From an uncultured SAR86 cluster bacterium (lineage in GTDB: Bacteria > Pseudomonadota > Gammaproteobacteria > Magnimaribacterales > AG-339-G14), in assembly GCA_902566955.1 (NCBI GenBank), contig CACFKX010000005.1, forward strand, positions 516 to 64,515: 64,000 nucleotides of DNA, given 5' to 3'. Every line of letters begins with the position of its first letter. Position 1 is the first letter of the stretch. Under the pieces are notes generated by a model that made no database searches, was not told the DNA's origin, and saw only the letters and a list, made by a program, of their open reading frames with translations. Made by a program: the position numbers and the translations under genes. Below, piece by piece: positions 21,476-32,710 of this stretch.

Positions 21476-22603
21476 ATGGATTTTTCATTAACAGAAGAAC
21501 AACAGCTTCTTCAAGATAGTATCAATCAATTTATTGAAAGAGAATATACTTTTGACGACAGAAAAAAATTCTTAGATTCTGAAAAAGGTTTCAATGAAGA
21601 AAATTGGAAAACTTTTGGAAGTTTAGGCTGGTTAGGAATGCCATTCTCTGAAGATGACGGCGGTTATAACGGTGGACCAGTTGACGTGATGGTCATCATG
21701 GAGAATTTAGGTAAAGGTTTGATTGTAGAACCATATGTTCCTTCTATTCTCTTGTCTGGAAAAATTCTTGCAGATTTAGGTTCCGATGATCAAAAATCAA
21801 ACTATTTACACCCAATGATAAGCGGGGAAAAAATAATAACTTTTGCTTATATAGAACCTCAAAGTCGATTTAATTTATCGGATTGTTTAACCAAGGCTAC
21901 GGTATCTGATGATGGCTACGTCCTAGATGGCTATAAAGCATTGGTTCATAATGCATCTGCTTCAGATACTTTAATCGTTTCTGCTAGGACTTCGGGAAAT
22001 CAATGCGATGAAAAAGGTATTTCTCTTTTTCTGGTAGATTCAAATGCTAAAGGAGTTTCTCTTAGAAATTACTCAACCATTGATGGTGGTAAAGCATCTG
22101 AATTGACTCTTGAGAATGTGACAGTTTCTAAGGACTCATTGCTAGGGGAAATGGATGAAGGTCATTCTACAATTGATAATGCTATAGATCTTGCTACTTT
22201 AGGTATATGTGCTGAGGCTGTTGGTATCATGGCTAAAATGAACGAAATGACACTTGAATACACTAAAACCAGAGAGCAATTCGAACAAAAACTTAGTCAG
22301 TTTCAAGCCCTTCAGCATCGAATGGTTGATAATTTTATGCATTACGAACAATCTAAATCCTTGTTAGTAATGTGTGCTGCAAAAATGAATGACAATACTG
22401 AGGATAAAAAGAAAGCATTAGCGTCACTAAAATATCAAATTGGACTATCTGGCAAGCATATTGGAGAAGAATCAATTCAACTTCATGGGGGAATGGGAGT
22501 GACAGATGAGATGCATATTGGTCATTATTTTAAAAGACTAACCACAATAAGAACTTTATACGGAAATTCTGATTACCATTTAAGCAACTACGCATCTTTA
22601 TAG
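21476..22603 (+). CDS. Acyl-CoA dehydrogenase (PimD-like partner subunit)
   Basis: REQF....QFQALQHR, QLHGGMGVTDE, short C-terminus; tandem with the previous ACAD. Confidence 0.88.
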   Translation: MDFSLTEEQQLLQDSINQFIEREYTFDDRKKFLDSEKGFNEENWKTFGSLGWLGMPFSEDDGGYNGGPVDVMVIMENLGKGLIVEPYVPSILLSGKILADLGSDDQKSNYLHPMISGEKIITFAYIEPQSRFNLSDCLTKATVSDDGYVLDGYKALVHNASASDTLIVSARTSGNQCDEKGISLFLVDSNAKGVSLRNYSTIDGGKASELTLENVTVSKDSLLGEMDEGHSTIDNAIDLATLGICAEAVGIMAKMNEMTLEYTKTREQFEQKLSQFQALQHRMVDNFMHYEQSKSLLVMCAAKMNDNTEDKKKALASLKYQIGLSGKHIGEESIQLHGGMGVTDEMHIGHYFKRLTTIRTLYGNSDYHLSNYASL

Positions 22604-22614
22604 ATTCAACATAG

Positions 22615-24102
22615 ATGGCATCTACAAAATCTGATCAAAATCCAGATAAGAGAGATAGATCCAAACCAAAAGACTATCTTTCGGATTGGATAAAAAGACA
22701 ATCTCTAGTTGAGAAGATGATTCCTATGATTGGAAATCTCCATAGGGAACAAAACGTTAGAATTTTACTTTACGGCAATCCTTTAATTACCCTATCTGTA
22801 TCTCAAATTATGCAAGAACATAGATTGGTTAGGGAAACAGAAAAAAATGAACTTAGTGAATTTGAAACTTTTGAAGTTATAAACATACTCAAGGATCTTG
22901 ATCTGGGCCCATGCGAAATTGATGTAGGGATTATCGCAGCAGGTCACATGTTCGATTCTAAATCTTTATCTCTTAAAGAATTTGTCAAAGAACAAGTTGC
23001 TGATGCAATTGGTAACAAAAATCCGGTTCTTCAGAAACCTCAAGACTTAGTTCTTTTTGGATTTGGAAGAATTGGGAGATTAATTACTAGACTTTTACTT
23101 GAGGATACTGGATCAGGAGAAACTTTAACGCTGAAAGCTGTCGTTGTCAGGAAAAAAAGTGATGATGATCTCTTTAAAAGAGCCGAATTAATGAGAAGGG
23201 ACTCTGTTCATGGAAATTTCAAAGGAACTATTAGGGTAGATTTAGACGAATATGGATTAGTAATTAACGGAAATTTAATTAGATTTATTGATGGAGATCC
23301 ATCTAGCATCGATTATAAAAAGTATGGAATAGATAATGCTGTAATTATAGATAATTCTGGAGTCTGGAGAGACGAGAAAGGTTTATCTGTTCATTTAAAG
23401 TCTAAAGGAGCAAAGAAGGTTTTGTTGACCGCTCCAACCAAATCTCCACTCAAAAATATTGTTTATGGTGTTAATGAAAATGACCTAGATGATAAGGATA
23501 AGATTGTCGGTGCTGCTTCATGCACAACGAATGCAATAGTTCCTCTTTTAAAAGCTCTCGATGATGATTATGGAATCATAAACGGACATGTTGAAACAAT
23601 TCATTCATACACTAATGATCAAAACCTAATTGATAATTATCATTCAAAATCTAGAAGAGGAAGAAGTGCTGCTTTGAATATGGTAATTACAGAAACCGGA
23701 GCTGCCTCAGCTGTAAGTCAGATTCTTCCAAATTTAAAAGGAAAATTAACAGCAAACGCAATAAGAGTTCCCACTCCAAATGTTTCATTGGCAATTCTTA
23801 AACTTTCCTTGAATAAATCTTTGAACGATAAAGAGGCTGCTAATGAATATTTCAGACAATTAGCATTTCATTCAATATACAAAGACCAAATAGATTTTAC
23901 GAATTCTTCAGAGATTGTTTCTTCTGACTTAGTTGGAAGTAGGTACGCTTGTGTTATTGATTCTGAAGCAACTATTTGCGACGACAAACAAGTAGTAATT
24001 TACGCCTGGTATGACAATGAATTAGGTTACTGCGTCCAACTCCTGAGAGTTATTAAAAGTCTTGCAGGAATTAAATATAAACGCCTCCCTTACTTTTTGT
24101 AA
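22615..24102 (+). CDS. gap: Glyceraldehyde-3-phosphate dehydrogenase, long (N-extended) type
   Basis: GFGRIGR at ~aa150, ASCTTN, HSYTNDQN, RVPTPNVS, WYDNE. Confidence 0.92.
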   Translation: MASTKSDQNPDKRDRSKPKDYLSDWIKRQSLVEKMIPMIGNLHREQNVRILLYGNPLITLSVSQIMQEHRLVRETEKNELSEFETFEVINILKDLDLGPCEIDVGIIAAGHMFDSKSLSLKEFVKEQVADAIGNKNPVLQKPQDLVLFGFGRIGRLITRLLLEDTGSGETLTLKAVVVRKKSDDDLFKRAELMRRDSVHGNFKGTIRVDLDEYGLVINGNLIRFIDGDPSSIDYKKYGIDNAVIIDNSGVWRDEKGLSVHLKSKGAKKVLLTAPTKSPLKNIVYGVNENDLDDKDKIVGAASCTTNAIVPLLKALDDDYGIINGHVETIHSYTNDQNLIDNYHSKSRRGRSAALNMVITETGAASAVSQILPNLKGKLTANAIRVPTPNVSLAILKLSLNKSLNDKEAANEYFRQLAFHSIYKDQIDFTNSSEIVSSDLVGSRYACVIDSEATICDDKQVVIYAWYDNELGYCVQLLRVIKSLAGIKYKRLPYFL

Positions 24103-25454
24103 TGAGAAATATCACCATATCAAAAGGTTTAGATATTCCTATTTCCGGAGAAGTTACTGATTCAGAAATTACTAAACATGTCACTAAGAAGGTTGCTGTT
24201 TTAGGAAAGGACCATCATGACTTGAAGCCTACAATGTTAGTAAAGGTTGGTGACCAAGTAAAAAAAGGACAAAAATTATTAGAGGATAAAAAAATTCCAG
24301 GTTTATTTTTAGTTGCACCAATCTCTGGTGAGGTCATAGAAATAAATAGAGGAGAAAGAAGAGCCTTTGAATCGTTAGTAATTGAAAATAATAATAACGA
24401 TGATGAGATATTATTTATAGAAAGCCTTTCTAGCTTTGATGCGAATAAAGAGAATATAAGAGATATTTTAATTGAAAGTGGTTTGTGGGCTAATTTAAAG
24501 AAAAGACCTTTCTCTAAAGTTCCAAACATAGACGAAAACGTAGATGAGATATTCATATCTTGTCTGGATACGAGTCCTCTATCATTCGATCCAGAAATAT
24601 TTATTGAACAAAATCTAAATGACTTTAATAAAGGAATCGAAATCTTATCCTTAATAACATCTAAATATGTGCATATTTCTTCAAAAATAGGGTCTAATTT
24701 GTTCGTAGAAAGCGAGAAAGTAAGGCTTTATCAACTTAATAATTTACATCCCGCTGGAAACGTAGGTACTCAGATTCATTACATTTCACCTTTGGGAAGA
24801 AATAAATCTGTTTGGACAATAAATTATCAACATGTTTGTCAAATTGGGCATATGTTTAATTTCGGTAGGTTATCATTCAAGAAGCTTGTAAGTGTGGCAG
24901 GTCCTCAAGTGAAGACTCCTTTTCTCCTTGAAACTATAAGCGGCGTTGATTTAGTAGAAGTTTTGAAAGATAAACTTCTTGAAGGCACTAATAGAATAGT
25001 TTCTGGTTCAGTTTTGTCCGGTAGAAATGCTGCTCAAAACGAATCTTTTTTGGGCCATTTTCATAACCAAATATCAGTTTTAAGGGAAGTCGAAGATGTT
25101 GATAGAGAATTATTTAATTGGTTTAGACCTGATTTAAAGAAACATTCTTTTTTACCAGTTTTTTTTACAAAGTTTTTTGAAAAAATCAATCCCCTTAAGT
25201 TCACAACTTCTATGAATGGAGCAGATAGGGCCATCGTTCCAATAGGAGTATATGAAGATGTTTTGCCCTTTAATATTATGGCAACGCAATTGCTTAAAAG
25301 TATTGTTTTGAGAGATACAGAAGAGGCTCAAGATTTAGGTATTCTGGAACTAGATGAAGAGGATTTAAGTCTTGCTACTTATGTGTGTCCTTCTAAATAT
25401 GATTATGGATCTATTCTTAGAGAAAATTTAAAACTAATTGAGGACGAGGGTTAA
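24102..25454 (+). CDS. nqrA: Na+-translocating NADH:quinone reductase subunit A
   Basis: KGLDIPI.G, RGERR, HPAGNVG, LELDEEDL..YVCPSK. Confidence 0.95.
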   Translation: MRNITISKGLDIPISGEVTDSEITKHVTKKVAVLGKDHHDLKPTMLVKVGDQVKKGQKLLEDKKIPGLFLVAPISGEVIEINRGERRAFESLVIENNNNDDEILFIESLSSFDANKENIRDILIESGLWANLKKRPFSKVPNIDENVDEIFISCLDTSPLSFDPEIFIEQNLNDFNKGIEILSLITSKYVHISSKIGSNLFVESEKVRLYQLNNLHPAGNVGTQIHYISPLGRNKSVWTINYQHVCQIGHMFNFGRLSFKKLVSVAGPQVKTPFLLETISGVDLVEVLKDKLLEGTNRIVSGSVLSGRNAAQNESFLGHFHNQISVLREVEDVDRELFNWFRPDLKKHSFLPVFFTKFFEKINPLKFTTSMNGADRAIVPIGVYEDVLPFNIMATQLLKSIVLRDTEEAQDLGILELDEEDLSLATYVCPSKYDYGSILRENLKLIEDEG

Positions 25455-25458
25455 GTAA

Positions 25459-26685
25459 ATGTCTGATCCGTTAAGAAATTTTTTAGATAAAACCAAGCCA
25501 AATTTTCAAAAAGAGGGTGCATGGTCAAAATATTTTCCTTTATTTGATGTTTTTGAAAATCTATTTTATTCATCCTCAAGAAAAACCTCTGGAATGACTC
25601 ACGTAAGAGATGGTTCTGATATTCAAAGGGTTATGGCAATTGTTTGGATGGCAACCTTTCCCACAATGTTTTTTGGAATGTATAACCTGGGTTATCAATC
25701 ATTGATTGCTATAGAAGCTTTAAATGCTGCTGGTCAAGAATTTGCAAAAGATTGGCATTGGCCAATCATTGAGCTCGTTTCCGGTTTAAATCCAAATAAC
25801 ATTTTTGATTGTATCGCCTATGGCGCGGTCTTTTTCATGCCTATTTATATTGTTACCTTCATTGTTGGAATCTTTTGGGAAGCTGTTTTTGCAGTTGTGA
25901 GAGGTCATGAAATTAGTGAAGGTGCTTTCGTAACAACAGTATTATTTGCTTTATCATGCCCTCCAGATGCACCTCTTTGGCAAGTTGCCTTAGGTATATC
26001 GGTTGGTTTGGTTATAGGAAAAGAAATTTTTGGTGGTACAGGTAAGAATTTTCTGAATCCAGCCTTAACAGGGAGAGCTTTCTTGTATTTTGCTTATCCA
26101 GCATCTTGGTCTGGTGATCTATCATGGGTAGCTGTAGATGGTTATTCTGCTGCAACAATCTTAGGTCTTTCTGCTGAATCTGGTTACCAATTTCTTCCAG
26201 AATCCTATAGTTGGTCAAATGCATTTCTAGGTTTTATTCCAGGGTCAATTGGCGAAACTTCTACTCTTGCTATATTAATTGGATTAGCAATTCTCCTTTT
26301 CACTAGAGTAGCATCATGGAGAATAATCGCTGGAGTTTTATTAGGAACCATAGCTACTTCCTATCTTTTCAATATTATTGGAAGTGAAACCAACCCAATG
26401 TTTTCTATGCCATTTTGGTGGCACATGGTAGTGGGCGGGTATGCTTTTGGCATGGTATTTATGGCTACAGAACCCGTGTCCGGATCGCATACAAATAAAG
26501 GACGTTGGATTTATGGAATCGTAATAGGAGTTTTGGTTGTTCTAATTCGTGTTGTAAATCCAGCTTTTCCAGAGGGAATGATGTTGGCAATTTTATTTGC
26601 AAATTTAACCTCACCTTTAATTGACTATTTCGTTGTTAAGCAAAATATAAATCGAAGAAATAAGGTAATTTATGCAGAAAGATAG
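25459..26685 (+). CDS. nqrB: Na+-NQR subunit B
   Basis: HVRDG.D..R, KEIFGGTGKNFLNPAL, FMN site DGYSAAT, EGMMLAIL. Confidence 0.95.
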   Translation: MSDPLRNFLDKTKPNFQKEGAWSKYFPLFDVFENLFYSSSRKTSGMTHVRDGSDIQRVMAIVWMATFPTMFFGMYNLGYQSLIAIEALNAAGQEFAKDWHWPIIELVSGLNPNNIFDCIAYGAVFFMPIYIVTFIVGIFWEAVFAVVRGHEISEGAFVTTVLFALSCPPDAPLWQVALGISVGLVIGKEIFGGTGKNFLNPALTGRAFLYFAYPASWSGDLSWVAVDGYSAATILGLSAESGYQFLPESYSWSNAFLGFIPGSIGETSTLAILIGLAILLFTRVASWRIIAGVLLGTIATSYLFNIIGSETNPMFSMPFWWHMVVGGYAFGMVFMATEPVSGSHTNKGRWIYGIVIGVLVVLIRVVNPAFPEGMMLAILFANLTSPLIDYFVVKQNINRRNKVIYAER

Positions 26686-27454
26686 CATTCTCAATATCAT
26701 TCTGGTTGGAGTTGGTTTATGTATCGTTTGTGGAGCTGTTATATCCACTGTTGCTGTATCCTTGAGAGATCAACAAGAACAAAATGTAATTTTTGATCAG
26801 CAAAGCAAAATTATTGATGCAGCAAGATTACTTGAAGTTTATCCTTCATCTCAAGAAGCATTAGCTTCGATTGAGGAAGTGGTTGTTAATCTTAACGATG
26901 GACAACCCTCGAGCTTTCCTCCAGAACAGTATGATCTGGATTCTATATTGAGAGACTCTTCTCAACACACAGTTCTCAATGGTTCCGAAGATATTGCCAT
27001 GATAAGCGTCAGAGAAAATCTTTCAAAGGTCTATATTGAATATAGAAATAATGAATTGAAAACCTTAATTCTCCCAGTTAGAGGATATGGATTATGGGGT
27101 ACTTTGTATGGCTATCTTGCCCTTGATTCTGACTTAAATACGATAGTTGGCTTGGAGTTTTATAAACATAAAGAAACTCCTGGATTGGGAGCTGAAGTAG
27201 ACAATCCTAATTGGAAAAAACTTTGGAATGGAAAAAAAGTCTTTGATGAAAATGGTTTAGTTCAGATTTCAGTTATCAAGGGTTTTTCTAATCCACAAAG
27301 TACAGATTATTCTTATGAAGTTGATGGTTTGTCTGGAGCAACCATTACCAGTAAGGGGGTCTCTAATCTTCTTGCATTTTGGTTAGGTAATGAGGGATTT
27401 GGACCTTTCATCAATAATCTAAAGAACAAAGAAATTAAATTAAGTGATGTCTAA
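26672..27454 (+). CDS. nqrC: Na+-NQR subunit C
   Basis: GYGLWG, ETPGLG, FMN site [10 protein letters not shown]. Confidence 0.95.
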   Translation: MQKDSILNIILVGVGLCIVCGAVISTVAVSLRDQQEQNVIFDQQSKIIDAARLLEVYPSSQEALASIEEVVVNLNDGQPSSFPPEQYDLDSILRDSSQHTVLNGSEDIAMISVRENLSKVYIEYRNNELKTLILPVRGYGLWGTLYGYLALDSDLNTIVGLEFYKHKETPGLGAEVDNPNWKKLWNGKKVFDENGLVQISVIKGFSNPQSTDYSYEVDGLSGATITSKGVSNLLAFWLGNEGFGPFINNLKNKEIKLSDV

Positions 27455-28118
27455 GTTTAAAGAAATATTATTAACACCTATCTTCAAGGATAATCCAATT
27501 GCCTTACAAATATTAGGCATTTGTTCAGCATTAGCGGTTACTAGTAAGCTTTATCCAACACTTATAATGTGTGTTGCTTTGACTATCACTGTTAGCCTAT
27601 CAAATTTCTTTATTTCTCTAATAAGAAACATAATCCCAACAAATATAAGGATTATTGTCCAAATGACAATTATTTCTTCTTTGGTTATTTTAGTGGATCA
27701 ATTCCTAAAAGCTTACGATTATGAAACAAGCAAAACGTTATCTGTCTTTGTTGGATTAATTATTACTAACTGTATTGTAATGGGAAGAGCAGAAGCATTT
27801 GCTATGCAAAATACTCCTGGAGTTAGTTTTTTAGATGGTTTAGGAAATGGTCTAGGATACAGTCTTATACTAATTGTTGTTGGAGCTATCAGAGAGTTAC
27901 TAGGTTCTGGTCAACTACTTGGAATTGATATTTTAACTACTACTCAAAATGGTGGATGGTATGTTGGTAATAACTTCTTTCTGCTGGCACCGAGTTCATT
28001 CCTAATAATTGGATTATTCATATGGGCACTTAGATCATGGAAGACCGAACAAATTGAAGAAAAAGAATTCCTGATGAGTAAAAATGCTCCTAAAGAGGTG
28101 GAAACACGTCATGCTTGA
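27447..28118 (+). CDS. nqrD: Na+-NQR subunit D
   Basis: [29 protein letters not shown]. Confidence 0.95.
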   Translation: MSKFKEILLTPIFKDNPIALQILGICSALAVTSKLYPTLIMCVALTITVSLSNFFISLIRNIIPTNIRIIVQMTIISSLVILVDQFLKAYDYETSKTLSVFVGLIITNCIVMGRAEAFAMQNTPGVSFLDGLGNGLGYSLILIVVGAIRELLGSGQLLGIDILTTTQNGGWYVGNNFFLLAPSSFLIIGLFIWALRSWKTEQIEEKEFLMSKNAPKEVETRHA

Positions 28119-28722
28119 GCATTACCTGTCTATTTTTATATCTTCAATTTTCATAGAGAACCTAGCATTATCTGTTTTTCTTGGTATGTGTACATTTTTA
28201 GCCATTTCCAAAAAAATTGAAGCTGCAATTGGTCTTGGAATTGCTGTAATCGTTGTATTAGCCATAACTGTTCCTTTAAATAATATTATTTATAACTTTT
28301 TACTTAGAGATGGAGCTTTAACTTGGCTCGGCTTTCCAGATGTATCTCTGGAATTTGTCGGTTTAATCAGTTACATAGGGGTTATTGCTGCATGCGTACA
28401 AATTCTTGAGATGTTTTTAGATAAATACGTTCCCAAACTTTATACTGCCCTTGGAATATTTCTTCCTCTTATAACAGTAAATTGCGCAATTCTTGGCGCA
28501 TCTCTATTCATGGTAGAAAAGAATTTAGACTTTGGTGAGAGTGTTGTTTATGGCCTCGGAGGCGGGGTAGGCTGGGCTCTAGCTATTGTTCTTTTAGCAG
28601 GTATCAGAGAAAAATTAAAATACAGCGATATTCCAGATGGACTTGAAGGATTAGGTATTACCTTTATAACTGTTGGTTTGATGACCTTTGGTTTCATGTC
28701 ATTTGGAGGAATAATACTTTAA
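28111..28722 (+). CDS. nqrE: Na+-NQR subunit E
   Basis: [19 protein letters not shown]; ATG at 28111 with GAGG RBS. Confidence 0.95.
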   Translation: MLEHYLSIFISSIFIENLALSVFLGMCTFLAISKKIEAAIGLGIAVIVVLAITVPLNNIIYNFLLRDGALTWLGFPDVSLEFVGLISYIGVIAACVQILEMFLDKYVPKLYTALGIFLPLITVNCAILGASLFMVEKNLDFGESVVYGLGGGVGWALAIVLLAGIREKLKYSDIPDGLEGLGITFITVGLMTFGFMSFGGIIL

Positions 28723-29952
28723 ATGATTAATTTAGATCTTATATTTGGAATCGCTACTTTTGCATTAATAGTAAACCTGATGATATTCGTAATCTTGTTT
28801 GCTAGATCAAGATTGGTATCTACTGGTGATGTTACTATCGAAATTAATGGAGATCAGGATAAAGCAATAAAAGTTCCTGCAGGAGGAAAGTTATTACAGA
28901 CCTTAGCTTCAGAGAATTTATTTCTTTCCTCGGCATGCGGAGGAGGGGGCACTTGCTCTCAGTGCCGTTGCCAAGTATTTGAAGGCGGCGGCTCAATACT
29001 TTCTACTGAAGAAGCTCACTTTAATAATAAAGAAAAAAGAGAAGGCTGGAGGCTTTCTTGTCAGGTGCCTGTAAAGGCTGACATGAAAATTACAGTGCCG
29101 GATGAAGTTTTTGGCGTTAAAAAATGGGAAACAACCGTTATCTCAAATGATAATGTGGCAACTTTTATTAAAGAATTAGTTTTGAAATTACCTGAAGGAG
29201 AGAATGTTGGTTTCGAAGCTGGGGGCTATGTTCAAATGGAAATACCTCCTTATGAAGCAGATTATAAATCTTTTGATATTAAAGATATTTACAAAGGAGA
29301 TTGGGAAAAATTTAAAGTTTTTGAAAATGTAGCTACAGTTGGTGTTCCTGTTATAAGAGCATATTCAATGGCTAATTATCCTGAAGAAAAGGGGATAATG
29401 AAATTTAACATTAGAATTGCAAGTCCACCTCCTGGAACAAATTTTCCACCAGGTGAAGCTTCATCTTATTTATTTAATTTAAAACCAGGTGATAATTTAA
29501 CCATCTTCGGTCCATTTGGAGAATTCATGGCTAAAGATACCCCAAATGAAATGGTATTCATTGGTGGTGGTGCGGGTATGGCACCTATGCGATCTCATAT
29601 ATTTGATCAACTTTTGAGATTGGATTCTTCCAGAAAAATTACGTTTTGGTATGGAGCTAGGAGTTTAAAAGAAATGTTTTATATTGATGATTTCAATAAA
29701 TTGGAAGAAAAATACGAGAACTTTACCTGGCATGCAGCTCTATCAGATCCTTTACCTGAAGATGAATGGGACGGTATGACTGGATTCATACATCAAGTTT
29801 TACTTGATAATTATCTCAAAGATCATCCTGCTCCAGAGGATTGTGAATATTATATGTGCGGTCCTCCTCCAATGATGGATGCTTGTTTTACAATGCTTGA
29901 TAGCCTTGGAGTAGAACCTGAGAACATCATGTTTGATGACTTTGGCAGTTAG
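28723..29952 (+). CDS. nqrF: Na+-NQR subunit F
   Basis: [10 protein letters not shown] 2Fe-2[26 protein letters not shown]. Confidence 0.96.
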   Translation: MINLDLIFGIATFALIVNLMIFVILFARSRLVSTGDVTIEINGDQDKAIKVPAGGKLLQTLASENLFLSSACGGGGTCSQCRCQVFEGGGSILSTEEAHFNNKEKREGWRLSCQVPVKADMKITVPDEVFGVKKWETTVISNDNVATFIKELVLKLPEGENVGFEAGGYVQMEIPPYEADYKSFDIKDIYKGDWEKFKVFENVATVGVPVIRAYSMANYPEEKGIMKFNIRIASPPPGTNFPPGEASSYLFNLKPGDNLTIFGPFGEFMAKDTPNEMVFIGGGAGMAPMRSHIFDQLLRLDSSRKITFWYGARSLKEMFYIDDFNKLEEKYENFTWHAALSDPLPEDEWDGMTGFIHQVLLDNYLKDHPAPEDCEYYMCGPPPMMDACFTMLDSLGVEPENIMFDDFGS

Positions 29953-30904
29953 ATATCTCTTTATATCCTTATTTCTTTTAACTGGTTGCGTTTCCAATGA
30001 AAATCAATACCAAGGATATATATTTGGAACCTACTACAATATAAAAATTTCAGATTCTCCAAATTTGAATACTATCCAATCATCTATTGATTTAAAACTT
30101 CGTGAAATTGATATGCTTTTTTCAAATTATAAAAGTGAGTCTTACTTAATGAGATTTAATAGAAAAGAGATACAAGCTACCAATGATGATTTTACTAAAT
30201 TACTAAATCATTCGATTGAGATATGTAAGTTTGTAAATCAAAACTTCAACATTTTTGCAGGCAGCCTGGTAAATCTTTGGGGTTTTGGACCTCTAAAAAG
30301 AATGTCTGTGCCAGAGGAGGATGATATTGAGAATATTATTCCCAAGGGATGCGACTCAAGCGACAATGATCATTTAGAAATTGATTTTTCTGCAATCGCC
30401 AAAGGTTATGCAGTTGATGAGATTGCTAGATTATTGGATGATCAAAATCTAAATAATTATTTTATTGATATCGGTGGAGAAATAATTGTTAAAGGAAATA
30501 AAATAAAATCTCCTTGGATTATCTGCATAGAAAATCCTGATACTCAAAACAGCAAACCAATTGAGTGTTTATCGAAAAAAGACAACGAAAAGTATATGGC
30601 TGTGGCAACTTCAGGTGATTACAGAAATTTTTTTACTTTAGATAATAAGCGCTATTCTCATACAATTGATCCTAAAACAGGTTTTCCTATTTCAAATAAT
30701 TTAACATCCGTCTCTGTAGCCTTGCCTGGACAGTTTCGACATGCTGGTGATGCAGATGCTTTGGCAACTGCATTGAATGTCATGGGCTTAAAAGAAGGTT
30801 TTGAATTTGCAGTTAATAATTCAATTGCAGCTTTATTTATTTTTAGGTCAGAAGGTGAATTTTCTATTAGAATGACTCCATCTTTTGAAGATATAATTCA
30901 TTAA
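29936..30904 (+). CDS. apbE: FAD:protein FMN transferase (lipoprotein)
   Basis: LTGC lipobox, [29 protein letters not shown]. Confidence 0.92.
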   Translation: MTLAVRYLFISLFLLTGCVSNENQYQGYIFGTYYNIKISDSPNLNTIQSSIDLKLREIDMLFSNYKSESYLMRFNRKEIQATNDDFTKLLNHSIEICKFVNQNFNIFAGSLVNLWGFGPLKRMSVPEEDDIENIIPKGCDSSDNDHLEIDFSAIAKGYAVDEIARLLDDQNLNNYFIDIGGEIIVKGNKIKSPWIICIENPDTQNSKPIECLSKKDNEKYMAVATSGDYRNFFTLDNKRYSHTIDPKTGFPISNNLTSVSVALPGQFRHAGDADALATALNVMGLKEGFEFAVNNSIAALFIFRSEGEFSIRMTPSFEDIIH

Positions 30905-30906
30905 AT

Positions 30907-31080
30907 ATGGCTACTTTTTTCTTTGCATCTATTGTTGTGATCTTATCAATCTTAGGATTGAGTCTTGGATTAATCTTGAACAACAAGCCTTTAGAAGGAT
31001 CTTGTGGAGGTATGAGCAATCTCGATAGTGATTTGGAATGCACTATATGTGGCGGTAATCCAAAAAAATGTCCTAAGTAA
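30907..31080 (+). CDS. nqrM: Na+-NQR maturation protein NqrM (57 aa, absent from the ORF track)
   Basis: Hand translation MATFFFASIVVILSILGLSLGLILNNKPLEGSCGGMSNLDSDLECTICGGNPKKCPK: one TM helix, GSCGG, CxxC..C; follows apbE. Confidence 0.9.
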   Translation: MATFFFASIVVILSILGLSLGLILNNKPLEGSCGGMSNLDSDLECTICGGNPKKCPK

Positions 31081-32685
31081 TTAGAACTGATTCATCGTAT
31101 TGTCTTTTCCACCTGCTTTGAGGGCTTTATCGCCTGAAAAATATTCTTTGTGAGTATCGCCAATTGTTGACCCAGCAAGATCTTGGTGTTTTACAGATGA
31201 CATATCTCTTCTTATTTCTTGTCTTTGAATACCTTTAACATAAGCTAGCATTCCTTCATCACCAAAATAACCTTCAGTTAATGTTGCAGTTCCCAAAGCT
31301 GTTTCGTGATAAGTGGGAAGAGTAATTAAATGATGAAAAATTCCTGCTTCTCTTGAAGCATCTTTCTGGAAAGTTTTTATGAGATTATCTGCTTCTAAGG
31401 CCAGCTCAGAATCGTCAAACTTAACATCCATTAAACCTTTAGGATCCGAGGAAGGATCAGGATATGCCGAAACATCTTTACCCGAATCAACCCATTCTTT
31501 GTAAACCTGTTCTCTAAATGACAAAGTCCAATTAAAAGATGGAGAATTGTTATAGACTAACTTAGCCTTGGGTTCCACTTTTCTGATTGCATTAACCATA
31601 TCAGCAATTTGCTGAACGTTTGGTTTTTCTGTCTCAATCCATAAGAGATCAGCTCCATTTTGTAAGCTTGTAATACAATCAAGGACGACTCTGTCAAAAC
31701 CTGTGCCTTCTTTAAATCTGTAAAGGCCATTAGGTAAACGAACAGGTTTTACTAATAAGCCGTTTTGATGGATAGTTATATCGTTTTCATCTAATTCGTC
31801 AAGGTTAGTTATTTCTTCAGTTTCAAGAAAAGAATTATATTGATCTGCCAAGTCGCCCTGTTCCTGCATTACTGGAACTTTCTGAGTAAGTCCTGCTCCT
31901 AAAGAATCTGTTCTAGCAACTATCAAACCATTTTCAACACCTAGTTCTAAAAAAGAATATCTTACTGCATTGATTTTATGTAAAAAGTCTTCGTGAGGGA
32001 CTGTAACCTTTCCATCTTGGTGCCCACATTGTTTTTCATCAGAAACCTGATTTTCAATCTGAATGCAACACGCTCCAGCTTGAATCATTTTCTTTGCTAG
32101 TAAATATGTTGCTTCCTCATTACCGAAGCCAGCATCGATATCTGCAATTATTGGCACAACATGAGTCTCAAAATTATCTATTTTGGATATCACTTCTGAT
32201 TCATCTCCACCATTTTCTCTTACTTCATCCAATTCATTGAATAGATGTTGTAACTCAACAGCATCGGCTCTTTTTAAAAATGTATATATCTCTTTAATTA
32301 AGTTTGGAACAGCTAATTTCTCATGCATGCTTTGATCTGGAAGAGGGCCAAAGTCAGATCTCAGAGCAGCGACCATCCATCCGCTTAAATAAACATATCT
32401 CTTGTTAGTAGTTTCTCTAGATTTTTTTATCTCCATCATCATTTGTTGAGCAGTAAATCCATGCCAACAACCTAAAGATTGAGTATAAACAGATGAATCT
32501 CCATCATATTCAGACATATCTTTATGCATTATGTCTGCAGTATATTTAGCTATATCCAAGCCTGTTTTGAATCTATTTTGTAAATCCATTCGAGCTGCGT
32601 TTTCAGCAGAAATATTTTTGTATAAATCTCCACCTTTAGCTATTAATTGCTCAAAATGTTCTACAGTCTTTTTATAATCAAGCAT
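31081..32685 (-). CDS. aceA: Isocitrate lyase (long, Pseudomonas-type)
   Basis: YLSGW, DIDAGFG, active-site KQCGHQDGK, WIET, YNNSPSFNW. Confidence 0.95.
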   Translation of the reverse strand: MLDYKKTVEHFEQLIAKGGDLYKNISAENAARMDLQNRFKTGLDIAKYTADIMHKDMSEYDGDSSVYTQSLGCWHGFTAQQMMMEIKKSRETTNKRYVYLSGWMVAALRSDFGPLPDQSMHEKLAVPNLIKEIYTFLKRADAVELQHLFNELDEVRENGGDESEVISKIDNFETHVVPIIADIDAGFGNEEATYLLAKKMIQAGACCIQIENQVSDEKQCGHQDGKVTVPHEDFLHKINAVRYSFLELGVENGLIVARTDSLGAGLTQKVPVMQEQGDLADQYNSFLETEEITNLDELDENDITIHQNGLLVKPVRLPNGLYRFKEGTGFDRVVLDCITSLQNGADLLWIETEKPNVQQIADMVNAIRKVEPKAKLVYNNSPSFNWTLSFREQVYKEWVDSGKDVSAYPDPSSDPKGLMDVKFDDSELALEADNLIKTFQKDASREAGIFHHLITLPTYHETALGTATLTEGYFGDEGMLAYVKGIQRQEIRRDMSSVKHQDLAGSTIGDTHKEYFSGDKALKAGGKDNTMNQF

Positions 32686-32710
32686 TTACGGTCCTCTTCT
32701 CAATGAATAC

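Noticed and set aside
22615-23030. ~140-aa N-terminal extension of GAPDH as a novel fusion
   Set aside because: Matches the known long GAPDH type found next to mfd/nqr in pseudomonad-like gammaproteobacteria
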